Assembly: GCF_009914755.1 (NCBI RefSeq)
Contig: NC_060933.1
Reading direction: 5' to 3' (one strand)
Origin: the human T2T-CHM13v2.0 reference genome, Homo sapiens
Length of the DNA stretch: 64,000 bases
In this document: in pieces, positions 31,436-47,286 of the stretch
Numbering within the stretch: position 1 is the stretch's first letter
Layout: each line of letters begins with the position of its first letter
Position numbers and translations under genes: made by a program
Notes under the pieces: model-generated
Told to the model about the DNA's origin: nothing
Seen by the model: only the letters and a program-made list of their open reading frames with translations
Databases searched by the model: none

Positions 31436-31466
31436 ATGTTGGAAGTTCTGATGAATCTGCAGTCAG
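31436..31466 (+). pseudogene. ANKRD20A: ANKRD20A exon 7 (31 nt)
   Basis: DVGSSDESAVS, polypyrimidine tract + tag|, |gtagga; phases fit neighbouring exons. Confidence 0.9.
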
Positions 31467-34154
31467 GTAGGATTTTATAGATTTAAAAAATTATGTTAAC
31501 TAAGAAAATATAGATGGAAGAAACGAATATTTGTTGAGTGTTGTATTCTGGGCTAGACATCCTAATATGTTCTATGCATTTATCATCTCATAAAGCCATC
31601 ACAACATCTGTGTTCCTATAACCTACTGTTTATTAAATAAACAACTATGGATTAGAGCTGATTAATTGCCTCATGATCCCATAGTTAACAAAGTAGCTGG
31701 CCTACAGTTTGACCATCAGCCTGCCTGCCTTCCAAATCCTGTCTCTTGCTCCTCAGCATAGATTGACAGATATCTGTGCAGCCCTTGGATCAAGGTATAG
31801 GTCTGAATCAGATTAGTCAGATTGATTAATTTGATTAATGTCTAAATTAATGAGAGTTTAAATACCTTGAACTCTCATTTAAGTTTATCATTAGAATGTG
31901 GTTAGTCCAAGAGTTTGTCCTAATAAATTTGACAATTTCAGTGGTAACCAGTATCTTATTTTTACCATCAAAGGCTCTAGGGCAGATCTTACTTAGCTTT
32001 GGCCATAGGGGTGTAAGTTTTACAAAAGCAAGTTTAGGCAAGTCTTAGAGACAAATTATTTGACTTCCCAGTTTGGTTTTCCATTTAGTCAAGTATTTCT
32101 GCTTACTTCCATAATACATTTTTTAGTCTTGTTGCTTTTTCCATGACTTTTCTATAATCTTGCCTTCATTTTTTAAAACTTTCTTCTCTGCTTTTCTTGG
32201 TATTTCTTTTGTTCTATTATTTTTTCAAACTCTGCTGGCTATGTATTCTAAGTTTTTCTATAGAAAGAATCAAGAGGACATAGAATTACAGAATTTTAAG
32301 GAATCTTGGAATGAATTAAAATACCTTCTAGTATTTTTACCTGTGTTGAACATTCTGGTCAAATGATTCTCTAGATAGAGAATGTGAGGCTCAAAGAGAT
32401 TAGGATGCTTTTTTTTAGACATAGGAATTGGCAGAAATGAGATTTGATTCATGTTAAAGCCCAGTACTCTTGCTTCTTTTTATATCCTATTGGTGTGTGT
32501 TTTAATAATACAAACGGGAGTGAGTCTGTGGGTAGAATGAGAATGGAATTAGCTGGTGAACCCAATGGAAGTAGATAAGAATGGAATGAGCAGGGGAAGT
32601 CCAAGTTTGAAGATAAACAACACTGGATTGGATAGGAGTACAGACTCTTCTATAAGAGATCAAAATATTGGGGTTTATGACAAGTTTGATAAAGATAAAT
32701 TATAAAAATGAAGGACACAAGATGTTGGGAATTATCTACGAAGGCATGTTAAAATAGAAGGTTCAAGGGAGCTCTAAAAAGTTTGCTGCTTTTTTTTAAA
32801 TCAAGGACTGACAAACTTGAAGATTTTTACTGAAAGATGCTAAAACATTTTGAGACACTGGGAGCAGCGTCTGCAGCAGATAGAAATGTGGTGTCATCTA
32901 CTTCCATTCTGACTTACAAAGTGGTGGCTTAGAGCCCCTGGAGTACTAAGGGGCTGGAGATTGCTGAACTACATAGATCTGTGGCCCAGTACAGGTGTCT
33001 CCTCACCTCTGCCTCTTTTCCCGATTCACTGATGTCCTTCCCATGTCCATGTGGGCTGGTTCAGGGGCATGATTGGCTGGCAAATCAGTCATGGAGTTCA
33101 GTTGGGTAGTTGGTAGTGTGTCTAGCTGGGGGCAGGTGATGGAGACTCCAGTTAGCTTGTTTTTCAGGAGCAGGGATATAGAGAGCTCCTACTCCTGGTC
33201 ATTTGAGGCCATCCTTTCAGGAATCTGTGCTTTCATAGACTGAAGATTTAAAGATTGGAGACTTCTGTGGAGCTCTGCAGAAGTGGAATCTGGAAGTGGG
33301 AGCCCATAGGAAGACAGATACTTAGAGAGTACTTAGGGAAATAGAGGTACAACTACCAGGACTCTGTTTTTTTCTGGCAGTCTCTCTCCTTGGGTGTCTG
33401 CGTGCCTATGAAAAGTTTTAAGGGCTTGCTAGTTTATGTGGACCTGAATGAGGTAGGACCTATAGGGTGAAAATAATGGGATTTTATAATTGTTAATATT
33501 TCAATCTTTCTGGGAAAAGTATTCTCAATAAGAACATACACCTTTGTTATTTGACTTCTGTACATTTAGGTTTCATACATTTCAAATATTGTAGGGGCTT
33601 TCCTGTACTGATTTAGGGCAAAGGAAAGCAATAGGACCTTCCTAAGTGGGTTCCATGCTGAGGAATCAAGACTGCCATTTTGAAGTGATGCAGATTAGTC
33701 TTTTATCCAGAGACAGATCATGGAAAAGAGACAGTGGATCTTTCTACCTTGTTTTAGGTTATCAGTTTTCTTCCAGTTTAGGTAACAAAATTTATGTCGT
33801 CCATTAATTGAATTTTAAGTTCAGCTTCAGGACAGATAATTTGTGAGGGCAAATCATTGTCATGCTCTGCCAATTTATTGACTGTCACTATTTGTTATAA
33901 AGCTCAAGGTTAGTTTTCATTGAATATTTTATAGATTTAGACAGGTGGAGGCAGAAATAGGTAACTAAAATCTATTTTTAGAACAGAGGACATATTTTAA
34001 TTATATCAAGAATCACTATTTAATATATAGATTGCTGACCTTTCCCCAGATTATGGTTTCCTTTTTTGAGGGGGAAGCTGGATATAAACTGGCAGTTAAA
34101 AAAATTGTAAAGAAATCAACTTGCTCATTTTTGTTGTGTATTTTCACTCTCAAG

Positions 34155-34224
34155 CATTTTCCATGAACTGCATGTGGATTCATTGCCTGCATCGGATGAC
34201 AAAGACTTGAATATTGCTACTAAG
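34155..34224 (+). pseudogene. ANKRD20A: ANKRD20A exon 8 (70 nt)
   Basis: IFHELHVDSLPASDDKDLNIATK, aag| and |gtaaag. Confidence 0.92.
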
Positions 34225-35166
34225 GTAAAGTGGTCTCTTGTAAAATTAATTTTCTCACTCTGAATGTACTTTTGCATAGTATTTACTTTTCAAATTTAGC
34301 AGTGGTTTACCTATCATTGTTTTATGGTGGTAATGGAAAGTTGGTCAGAGAAAAACATACATATGGCTAGTTGATTCAAAAAATGTGTTTAACTTTGGTA
34401 ACTAACAAAGATTGATAAGTACTGTGACAGGGTGGGAGCTGAAAAAAATGAACTGGAAAATTAGTAGTGACAGGAAAATCACATTAGGAAATGCTTTCTC
34501 CAATAGAGGAAATATGAAATTTGGTTAAGGTTTATTTGGATAAATACTAATACTTTGACTTTTAAATCATACGAGTGTGACTTTCTTAATATTTATGCCT
34601 GTATAAATCTTCAGTGGATCAAATTATTTGCAGTAATCATGGGATCCTCCTGGTGATTTTTAGTGGCAAAAATATTAAGCACATAGCATATAGCTTTTGT
34701 TCTTGGAAACTTATAATTTTGGTATCATATTGTTTTTACGAGAGATTGTTTTTCTACTTATATTATTGGTTCTGTAGTGAGACAAAAAAAATTAAAAATT
34801 GTAGAAAAATAACTGAGTGTGGTGGTATACACCTGTAGTCCCTGCTACTTGGGAATATGAGGCAGGAAGATTGCTTGAACCCAGGAGTTTGAGAACAGCC
34901 TGGGCAACAACGTATCTGATTTAAAAATATAAATTGTGGAAATATAGAAATTTAAATTTATGTTCTCAAAATGTGTATTGCAAAGGAATTTTTGTGTGGT
35001 TTATGAGTTGTCCATGAAGAGTTTATATAAGGCACTTCATCTAATTGAATAACATGTATTTTGCTGCAAATAACCAGTTCTAGAAGCAGAGACTCTTAAT
35101 ACCAATGGATGGTAAGACTTTATCATCATAATTTTGTCATTGTAGTTTATTTAAAATATTTACTTC

Positions 35167-35960
<794 letters not shown>

Positions 35961-36326
35961 TAACAGTTGTTTAATCTGAATAAATAGACAAATGAATTTT
36001 TATATAATGGAATGTTATAAGTAATATAATAAACCTAATGTATCTAATAATTAAATATTGTATTTAAAATATTGCTTACATTGTATTTTTTTAATATTTA
36101 AGGGTGTATAAGTTTTGATATGTTATGTTGAGAAATTATGCCATAATTAAAAAGGAAATAAAATAGAAATAGGTCATCAGTAGCAAAGAGGGTTACAATA
36201 TATTTTCTAGTATCATTCAACTGGAATCTTAACATTGAGATTTTAGATTAACATTTCTTAAGCTTTTTATTAGCTCCAACTCATGTTCTATTAAATATAC
36301 CTTTTCAAGCCATACATTACTCTTTA

Positions 36327-37095
36327 TTATTATTATACTGTAAGTTCTAGGGTACATGTGCACAATGTGTGGGTTTGTTACATGTGTATACACGTGCCAT
36401 GTTGGTGTGCTGCACCCATTAACTCATCATTTACATTAGGTATATCTCCTAATGCTATCCCTTCCCCCTTCCTCCACCCCACGACAGGCCCCAGTGTGTG
36501 ATGTTCCCCATCCTGTGTCCAAGTGTTCTCATTATTCAATTTCCACCTATGAGTGAGAATATGTGGTGTTTGGTTTTCTGTCCTTGTGACAGTTTGCTCA
36601 GAATGATGGTTTCCAGCTTCATCCATGTCCCTACAAAGGACATGAGCTCATCCTTTTTTATGGCTGCATAGTATTCCATGGTGTATATGTGCCACATTTT
36701 CTTAATCCAGTCTATCATTGATGGACATTTGGGTTGGTTCCAAGTCTTTGCTATTGTAAATAGTGCCGCAATAAACATACGTGTGCATGTGTCTTTAAGC
36801 AGCATGATTTATAATCCTTTGGGTATATACCCAGTAATGGGATGGCTGGGTCAAATGGTATTTCTAGTTCTAGATCCTTGAGGAATCACCATACTATCTT
36901 CCTCAAAGGATGAACTAGTTTACAGTCCCACCAACAGTGTAAAAGTACTCCTATTTCTCCACATCTTCTCCAGCACCTGTGGGTTCCTGACTTTTTAATG
37001 ATCATCATTGTAACTGGTGTGAGATGGTATCTCATTGTGGTTTTGATTTGCATTTCTCTGATGGCCAGTGATGATGATCATTTTTTCATGTGTCT
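36327..37095 (-). mobile_element. 5'-truncated L1PA (ORF2 end + 3' UTR)
   Basis: ORF 36536..36805 is the L1 ORF2 C-terminus (CTRMFIAALFTIAKTWNQPKCPSMIDWIKKMW). Perfect TSD gccatacattactcttta at 36309-36326 and 37096-37113. Confidence 0.95.
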
Positions 37096-37416
37096 GCCAT
37101 ACATTACTCTTTAGAATTCTGGTGACCAATTTTTTTCTGGGTGGAAAGTTGATTGAAAGTTCTAGTTTTTTCTCTCTGTTATAATAATGTTCTTTCAGGT
37201 AGTGGTCGATGACCATATTTAGCTAATTGAATGTCTTATAGTAATAAACTCTATCACAGAAGTACTTACAAAAAACTAATTGTAGCATAAATATTAATTA
37301 GTATTATCAGGGATATGAAAAAGCAAAAGGCTCTGTTATAGATCTATTTCCCCATGTACTTTATTGTACTTCATGTTGTTTCTTTTCTTTCTTGGTTTAA
37401 GCTCATATTTCATTGA

Positions 37417-38092
<676 letters not shown>

Positions 38093-38166
38093 AGAGATTG
38101 ATAAGAAACTCTTGATGCAACTCATTATAATTTTAAAATGGAAACTAATTCTTGATATTACCTTAG

Positions 38167-38251
38167 CAGTGTGTCCCCGAGAAAGTGTCAGAGCCTTTAC
38201 CTGGACCTTCGCATGAAAAAGGAAACAGAATAGTCGATGGACAAGGAGAAG
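38167..38251 (+). pseudogene. ANKRD20A: ANKRD20A exon 9 (85 nt)
   Basis: QCVPEKVSEPLPGPSHEKGNRIVDGQGE, tandem tag|CAG acceptor, |gtgaga. Confidence 0.92.
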
Positions 38252-38289
38252 GTGAGAACCATATTTTATTTAAAAAGTCATTTGATGGA

Positions 38290-38588
38290 GGCTGGGTGCG
38301 GTGGCTCACGCCTGTAATCCCAGCACTTTGGGAGGCCGAGGCGGGCGGCTCACGAGGTCAGGAGATCCAGACCATCCTGGATAACATGGTGAAACCCCAT
38401 CTCTACTAAAAATACAAAAAACTAGCCAGGTGTTGTTGTGGGCACCTGTAGTCGCAGCTACTCAGGAGGCTGAGGCAGGAGAATGGCTTGAACCCGGGAG
38501 GCGGAGATTGCAGTGAGCAGAGATACCACCACTGCGTTCCACCCTGGGCGACAGAGCGAGACTCCGTCTCAGAAAAAAACAAACAAAA
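38290..38588 (+). mobile_element. AluY-like with TSD
   Basis: CpG-rich, with gagatccagaccatcctgg and gagaatggc; TSD aaaaagtcat(t/c)tgatgga at 38272-38289 and 38589-38606. Confidence 0.9.
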
Positions 38589-39439
38589 AAAAAGTCATCT
38601 GATGGAATGTTTCTTTGAAAATATGAGCACTAATAGAGTGTAATAGCTAAAGAAAGTGTCCTATTAACTGTATAATAAGTAAAGGAGAAGTGAAATGGTG
38701 ATAAGTTGTGTCTGTAACCAAGGGTCAGCAGTTGATTCTATTGGGAGTACCACTAAAGGAGCTGAGTTGTGAGTTCCATTTTAAGATACTCTAAGACCTG
38801 AGGCAAGTCAGGAGAGAGGGAAGAGGAAATGAATAAAGAGAAAGAAAGAATGAGGAGAGCGGAGTGTACATGGAATAAATAAAAAAGCATATGCAGAGGT
38901 AAGTAATAAAGGATAGTAAAGGCAAATTGATCTGTAGAAGAAGGAAGAACATGGTGTTAGAAACAGGAAAGAAGATAAAGTGAGCTTCCAGTACCAAAAT
39001 GTGCCAGAGAATTAGAGTAACATTTTCCTTCTCTTGCTGTCATCCTCACTACTGGGGAGGCATTAAGGATTGAGGCACCTCACCACACAGACCTGTGTTT
39101 TATCTACCATAGATGAACATCACCAAAAATGGTCAGCCATGTATGGCTATAATTTTTTTTTATAGAAAATGTTGTAACCTCATAGGATAGTATCATATAG
39201 GCCAAATAAATGTAATTGAATAGTGTTGGGTGATTTATGGAGAAGAAATTAATTTGAGAAGTTATTGCCTGATTAAAAGTTCATTAGAAACATTATGGCT
39301 TATAATGTAGTATTAAATTGAGGTACATAATAGGGAAGAAATTGAGGCGAGGCCAAAAGGGCAATTAGGGTAAACCAATATGGAAGCACATCAGTGTAGA
39401 ACAGGGCATTCAAATTGTCATGAATGAGTTGAGAAGCTT

Positions 39440-39544
39440 CTGGAAGGTGCACATTCTGATTCAGCAGGTATGGGAGTCTGCATTTCTCATGAGTACTCAG
39501 GTGATTTTGGTGCTGGTCCTTGGACACAGCTCTGAATAGCAAGG
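39440..39544. mobile_element. MER5-like hAT fragment
   Basis: attctgattcagcaggt...tctgcatttctca...caggtgat...gctggtcc..ggacacagctctgaatagca. Confidence 0.65.
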
Positions 39545-41062
39545 GAATAGCCTTCCTTTAGAGAACTCTGGAAAAAGAACCATTGGAGAGCAATTTAAAA
39601 AATAACAGAATCCAGGGAAAGCATTAATTTCCTTTTATTTCTGAGCATGATTCTAGCCACAGGGGAAGGAGAATGAGATGAAAACAGAGAGATTACAGGT
39701 GTATACTACTGCTGAATACAGATGAAAAAAGTGGTCACAATTATCCATAAAAAGCAGTTAGGAAGGGAAGCATCAGGATGACAGTTCTAAAAATCACTTT
39801 TTCAAAGGAAGAGGGATTGTGAAAGGACACGGAGGGAGGAAAGAAAGACATTTGCTGGGGTCTTGGGAGTTGAAACCAAGTAAACTTGAGACAACTCACT
39901 TCCAGTTGCTTCAGCATATGCCCAGTCTCACAAAAGAGGTTATTGCTGTGGAGAGTACTGGAGGCAGGAGGGAGTGCTAGAGTTGGGGTAAACCACAGCA
40001 GCTCATTTCACTTGATAACTGTCAGGCCTCAGAGAGAGAAGTTTCACTGACATGAGTGAATAAGATGTGATTAAGTTGCATATAGATGCTTTGGCTAATT
40101 TTTTTTGAGACAGCCAGTTCTTTGATATGATAGCTGTTTTATAAAAGTCCTTTACAGTGTAAGATAATACACCAAAGTTAGTTAATTTTAGAAGCAATCA
40201 TATTATAAAATTCATTCTGTGAATACCAAAATTCTCTTTTTCAATAAATACTGCACTGATTTTGAAATATAAATATGTATTCGTATCCAGCAAGTCTGTG
40301 GTAATTCAGTGTTTTCTTTTTTGATAAATATTTTGATATCGGAAGCTTATTCGACATGGTTTATTTTATGTGTTTTATGGACCGCCTTGCATGAGTGGAT
40401 CAAGGAGCTCTAACTCAAGGCCAAATGAGGGGACAGGAGAAATGTAGGTGCTGCAGTAGCCCATGTGATCATGGGAAAAATGAGTAGTTTGATTAGCTGT
40501 CATTTCATAAGTGTGTATACTAGCTGATCAATGTAGAACACTTTCTTTGATGAGAGGTGAATCACACATTCACCTGAACTGTCATCCCAACTGTGTATTT
40601 CCTCAGTGACAAGACAAGGGGAATTTGTTTGTGGCATGCTGGCAGCAATGCCTCTGATGTGTTGAGTTAAAATACTCTGTACATTCACCATCAGCTTTGA
40701 CGTCGATTCCCTCAGGTTTGATTTGCTCCTCTGTTTAATGGTCCCTTTTCTCCTCATCAGTCCACGTGTTCACGGTGATATCCATGCTTTTCTATTTTAG
40801 GTATAGGCATTTGAAACATAATCTCACTGCTGAAATGTAAACTGTGCATTTTAGGAATCCTATATTCCTATTTTCCTCATTATGTTTCTGTCATGTTGCC
40901 ATCATAGGCAATGAAAAGAAGCCAAGAAGAAACCTCAAAACCTTAAGTAATTATTTTTATAGCCAGGCATGAGAATTCAGCTCGATAGTACCACTGCATG
41001 AATGTTTGGTTGGCTCTGTCATACTTACATATAATTGATGACATATCCCCTTTGCTTTGTAG

Positions 41063-41091
41063 GGCCTCCTGCAAAACATCCTTCCTTGAAG
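41063..41091 (+). pseudogene. ANKRD20A: ANKRD20A exon 10 (29 nt)
   Basis: GPPAKHPSLK, tag| and |gtaatt. Confidence 0.9.
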
Positions 41092-41182
41092 GTAATTAAT
41101 TATGTATATTTTTGAATCACTAACTCCATGTTGTATAAAATATATATGATTTATGAATCATTTTCTTTTAAAACCCATTCAG

Positions 41183-41255
41183 CCTAGCACTGAAGTGGAA
41201 GATCCTGCTGTGAAAGGAGCAGTACAAAGAAAGGATGTACAGACATTGAGAGCAG
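41183..41255 (+). pseudogene. ANKRD20A: ANKRD20A exon 11 (73 nt)
   Basis: PSTEVEDPAVKGAVQRKDVQTLRA, cag| and |gtacat. Confidence 0.92.
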
Positions 41256-42744
41256 GTACATTTAATGGAATACTGGAAATAAGTACATTCAATGATTGGA
41301 AGTACTCACATTATTCTTATTCCTAATTCTATTTGTTCAAAATTGAATGGAAGGCATTGACATAAATGTTATTGTTGGTATCCATATTTGAATAAAAATA
41401 AATTTAGAAGCATAAAAAAGATTTTAAAAATGTAAGCTTTAACTCAGATGTTTCTCTTTTAATGTTTTGAATAGCATGAAGTTTTCAGTATAAAATTTTT
41501 ATACCTGTCAGGGATTCAAAGCAGTGAATTTTGAGACTCTAAGATATTTCCAGTGAGTTAAGTGCTACTTGGAGTTCTGATCTTTACCTAGAGGAAAGCT
41601 TTACTTATTAACATGTCAGGTTCTGTTTTAACTTTAGAGGCTTGCTGCTAGTATTACTACACTGATGATCTGAAGCCAATCAGATGTTCTAATGAGCAAG
41701 ACTGTGTGTGTAGGTGTATATATAGCTGTGTGTATGTGTGTGTTTGTGGCATCTTTGACTATTAAAAATGAGGAAAGTGATTCATTTATAACTGGTAGAC
41801 ACAGTCTTTTAAAACGGTGATTTTGAGACTTTTTGGTGTTAAGGTTTTTAAAACATGATTGCATAGAGGCTACTGACATCATAAGTTGGTTGTTTTTCAT
41901 TTCAATGCCCTTTTGAAATCTTTAACTACATTGTGATGCTCAGAAATAATATGCAGAATTTTTTATTTGTGTCCCAAAATGGTATGTGAGTGGTTGTACA
42001 CTTTACATACCTTTCTGCCACTTTCTTTGGTGTATTTTGTATTATATTTTCCAGATGTATCCACATTGATATGATTATCTCTGGTTTAATTCATTTTACA
42101 CTTTTCATTGTATTCCCTTATACCACTTTACCACATTTAGTTAGACACTCCTGTTGCTGATAAATGAAGAAAGAAAGAAAAATAAAAATGTCAGATTAAG
42201 TGGGCTTTTCTTTAATCAGTTTGTATCTATTAATATTTACTATATGAGAGTTTAAAGTTGAAAAGTTCAGAATACAAGCATGCACCACCATATTTTATAA
42301 ATGCCCTTAGAACTGTGACTCATGAGCCTTTAGCCTATGAAGTTAGGACAATTCATTTCTCTGAAGAAGTTTGTTGTGCTGTTCTCAGAAAAGAAAACTG
42401 AAAATAGCAAATGATATTGTCTTATTTGACCTCTTGGACATCTTTGAATGAAACTGCAACTCCAGGGATACTCAGATCAAAATTCAGAACTAATGTTTTG
42501 AACAATATAGTTTGTGAATGTCCAGTGGATCATGAGCCCTTGATGGGAAAATGACCTTTCAAGTTTCACTTTTGCATTTTTTGCTCTTTTCCTTGACTTG
42601 TCTTAAAAGCTTAAATTCAACCGTTTTATTTTTACAGAAACCAGGAATATAACTTTTAAAATTTATGTCTGTCCTGTCTCACGGTGTTGTGTACTCTTCA
42701 GATCTTGTGTGAACATAGACTTAAGATGTGGGAACAATTAGGTG

Positions 42745-43045
42745 TTTTGTTTGTTTGTGTTTTTGAGACAGAGTCTTGCTCTGTCACCAAGGCTGCAGTG
42801 CAGTGGCTCGGTCTTGACTCATTACCACCTCTGCCTCTCGGGTTCAAGCAATTCTCCTGCCTCAGCCCCTCGAGTAGCTGATACTACCTGCATGTGCTAC
42901 CATACCCTGCTCAATTCTCTATTTTTAGTAGAGATGGGGTTTCACCATGTTGGCCAGGCTGCTCTCAAACTCCTGATCTCAGGTGATCTGCCTGCCTCAG
43001 CTTGCCAGTATGCTGGGATTACAGGCAGGAGCCACTGTGCCAGGT
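42745..43045 (-). mobile_element. Alu
   Basis: Alu consensus. Confidence 0.88.
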
Positions 43046-44793
43046 ACAAATAAGATTTTTAAGGCTATTATATTTTATACAATTCTTTGGTCTATGTGAA
43101 TTCTGAAGGTATTCATGCATTGAGGGAAGATCATCTCAGTTTAATGAAAGCAGTTTTTAATGTATATTCATTAAAAATTTTTTTGAAGTTTTTGTCTCTA
43201 GTACACAGAAACACACAATATTGTCATGGGTATTTGACCTTAATGTGTTTATGCACAAACTTAGTTATTCAAATATTTTCTTATCCCTGAAGAATCCTAA
43301 TTATTAATAAAAAAATTTCTCATGGAAAACACATATATAATAGAGATTGTTGAGTGATAAAGTAAACTGTAGTAAATAACAGAAGCTTAGAACAAGTTAA
43401 GTAAACTTGTCTGAGTTAATAGCAATTACAGGACTTTTAAAATACATTAGACCATGAGGGAGTAGTGTGTTTGTGGGGTAGAGGACATCATGGTCCTGCT
43501 TCAGTGAAGAAAGAACTTTTAAACCTTATTACAATTTGTATTACTATTTACGTTCTAATAAAAACTTTATTTTCAGATATTTTAGATTATGTTTCTACTA
43601 GTTGAACCATCAATAGTAAGACTTTTCAAAGATTTGGGAAGTTGTGAGTTGATAAATATCTGTACCACCATTCATGATCAAAAATCAGACAGCAACTACA
43701 AGACTTTGGACACGCGAACTTCATAGTTAAAGAAAGGATTAATCTTGGAGCTGTGTTTTTATCAGGGAATTATACTCTTCATTACCTCTGTGAATCGCAG
43801 TTATTAGGGTAGAAAGAGAGCAAAGAAGGGAAACAAACATAGAAAATTTTATTCTAGATTACCTCAGTTGGCTTCATGCTACCATAGTTCTGGCTTTTAA
43901 AAAGTCATTTTGTGGTCAAATGTACTTTGTGTTTACTCCCTTTATGCAGCCTACAACCAAACAGAATGCTTCTTAGCAAGGCATTTGTATTCTTCCCTTA
44001 AGGAAAGCAACATATAAATAACAAAGAGAATGAGGAGAAAGAGTAATTTCACTGAAGTTGGTATATAACATAAATTTGTGTGCGGGTACCATGATTGTAT
44101 TTAGAATTTTGGGCCTGGAATAGAAAACCAGCTAGACGTCTACAGATTTCCTACTCAAACACAATGTGCCTTTGTTTTATTTTTACATCTGTAATTTTGC
44201 AATTATTAGGTACAACTGTATGCAGTGTCACTAAAAATACCTTCCAAAACCAAATATTAAATAATGCCTATGGCTTTCTGTATTATAATGTTGATTTCCC
44301 CAATATTAATGGGAACCATTGAGCGTTTGCCTTGTGGTGTCTCCTCAGCTGTATTCACACATTCCATCACCTTGTCTTAATGGATAATCATGCACTATAA
44401 GTATGGGTTTTCAGAAGAGCTGTATCATTTAAAGATAACACAGGAGCATCAAATTTAATTCTGCTAGAATACCTGGTCTATTGATTAACTGCAGCTAATA
44501 TGGGGTCTACTTCACATACAAGTTAAATTCAGTGCCCTTAATCAGTCATATGGTCAGGTCAACAGTAATAAATTATGCAATATTTTTTCACCCCTATAGT
44601 TTTAATTTCTCTTTCCCCTTATGTCTAGAATTAACATTTTATTTTACAAAACATGATGATAATCTTCTAGAGTAGTGATGACAAAGTATAAATCCAAAGT
44701 TTCTTACCTATGCAAATGACTTGTTTGCTTCTATTTTCTCATGAGCTTGGTAGATCCAGGAAACAGAACTTTTAAAACAAAATCCCCATATGT

Positions 44794-45125
<332 letters not shown>

Positions 45126-45458
45126 CCAAATGCATTTCCTTGGCACAGTAAAACTGAAACAGAAAAAGTGTAAAGTAAATACAAGTAACTGAAACAGTTT
45201 ATGTATATTATTTTACTTCTCATTTGATAAAATTTGTAAAGTAATGAGCAGAGTGTATTTCTCCAGGGACCCAGATATATACATTTATTCATTCAATAAA
45301 AATTCATGCTTACAATGGCCACTGATACTTATGTCCTAAATATTTCTGAAAACATCTCCTCAGGCCTGCATCATCTTTGCAACACTGCCTTATATTTTAT
45401 CTTCCTTCATTGATTTATATGCCTCAGGATTTTATGCTCCTCACAATAATTAGAGTTA

Positions 45459-45850
<392 letters not shown>

Positions 45851-46399
45851 AGGAAACTGATTTCTGCCCAAATCTCCATCTGTAGCCCTTTCCCCATCTG
45901 CCTTTTTCTCTGGAATTACTGAGCTGCTGGTAATGGCCCCCTCACCATTCCTCTTTTGCAGAGAAATACATACTCTCTTGGAGGCTTCTCTCCCTCTCTT
46001 GTTGCTGCCTGGCATGTGCTCACCCTTTCCTGCCCTCTGCCTCACTTAATCTGGCTAACCTTACTCTCTAAGTCTCAGCTCATGCATGATCTTTAGGAAA
46101 GCCATCCCTGACAGCTTTTATTTTCCTTCCTTATAACCCAGTGCCTAACACTTAGCAGGAACTCAATAAGTAATTATTTAGCAAAATTAAGACTGTTTAT
46201 ACAAAGATGATTCAAAAGATTGTCCTCTACAGTCTAGCAGCAAAGGGGATCGACATGTAAAGACATGATGTGCAGTTCAGGTGGTAAAGTGACACTGGAA
46301 AAATTGACAAAGTACTAAGGGACTCCAATGAAGCAGACACCTGTGTGTGTGGAGAAAGATAGCTAGAATCAAGGAAGACTTCACACAGCATTCTGAGCC

Positions 46400-46700
46400 T
46401 TTTTTTTTTCTTTTTCTGTTGTTGGAGACAAGTTCTTACTCTATCACCCAGGGTGGAGTGCGATGGTGTGATCGAGACTCACTGCAACCTCAAACTCCTG
46501 GGCTCGAGGAATCTTCTCACCTAAGCTTCTTGAGTAGCTGGGACTACAGGCACATATCACCATACCTGTCCAATTTTTTGTAGAGTCAAGGTTATCTATG
46601 GTTCCCAGGCTGGTCTTAAAACTCCTGGCCTTGAGCAATTCTCCCATTTTGGCCTTCCAAAGTGCTGGGATTACAGATGTGAGCTATTATGCCCAGCCTA
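46400..46700 (-). mobile_element. AluJ-like
   Basis: Alu consensus. Confidence 0.85.
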
Positions 46701-47215
46701 CTTTCTGAGTCTTAAAAGATGAAAATAAATTTTTCAGAATAGTAGGGGAAAACATTTGCGATGTAAAAAATGGGGTGCACACTAATTAAGGTATAAACAA
46801 CAATAATTTTGCAAATTATTAGTAACTGCCAACTCAATTAGTGTCTTGTTAAAAAGATAGTTATGAAGTATAGTAAAGTGTTACATTGTATATTTTGACT
46901 GTATTTCAAAATTTTGTTTTGTTTCTAACAGTTATGTTGATTTATGTTGGGTGGAACAATTTGTGAGTGACCCTGAGATTTCATATGGCTTGAACCTGGT
47001 GATATCTAGTGTCTCCCCAAGTGGTTTGTTGAAGTTTTGGATGATTAGAAGTATTTCTTAAAGAACTAAATATTTCAGTAAACATTAAGCTTCATTGAAA
47101 CTCTCAAAATATAAAATACAAAGAAATGTTATTCTCTATTTATTTTTATATAGATTATAGTCTTTATCTAACTGTTCTTAGTTCATTTGAACTAAACCAA
47201 TGAATTTGTCAACAG

Positions 47216-47286
47216 AACAAGCCTTACCAGTGGCTTCAGAGGAAGAGCAAGAAAGGCATGAAAGAAGTGAAAAGAAGCAACCACAG
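47216..47286 (+). pseudogene. ANKRD20A: ANKRD20A exon 12 (71 nt)
   Basis: EQALPVASEEEQERHERSEKKQPQ, cag| and |gtatat. Confidence 0.92.

Noticed and set aside
36378-36881. ORFs with convincing protein-like sequence
   Set aside because: L1 ORF2 C-terminus and 3' UTR in a truncated L1PA; not a host gene and not an active element.
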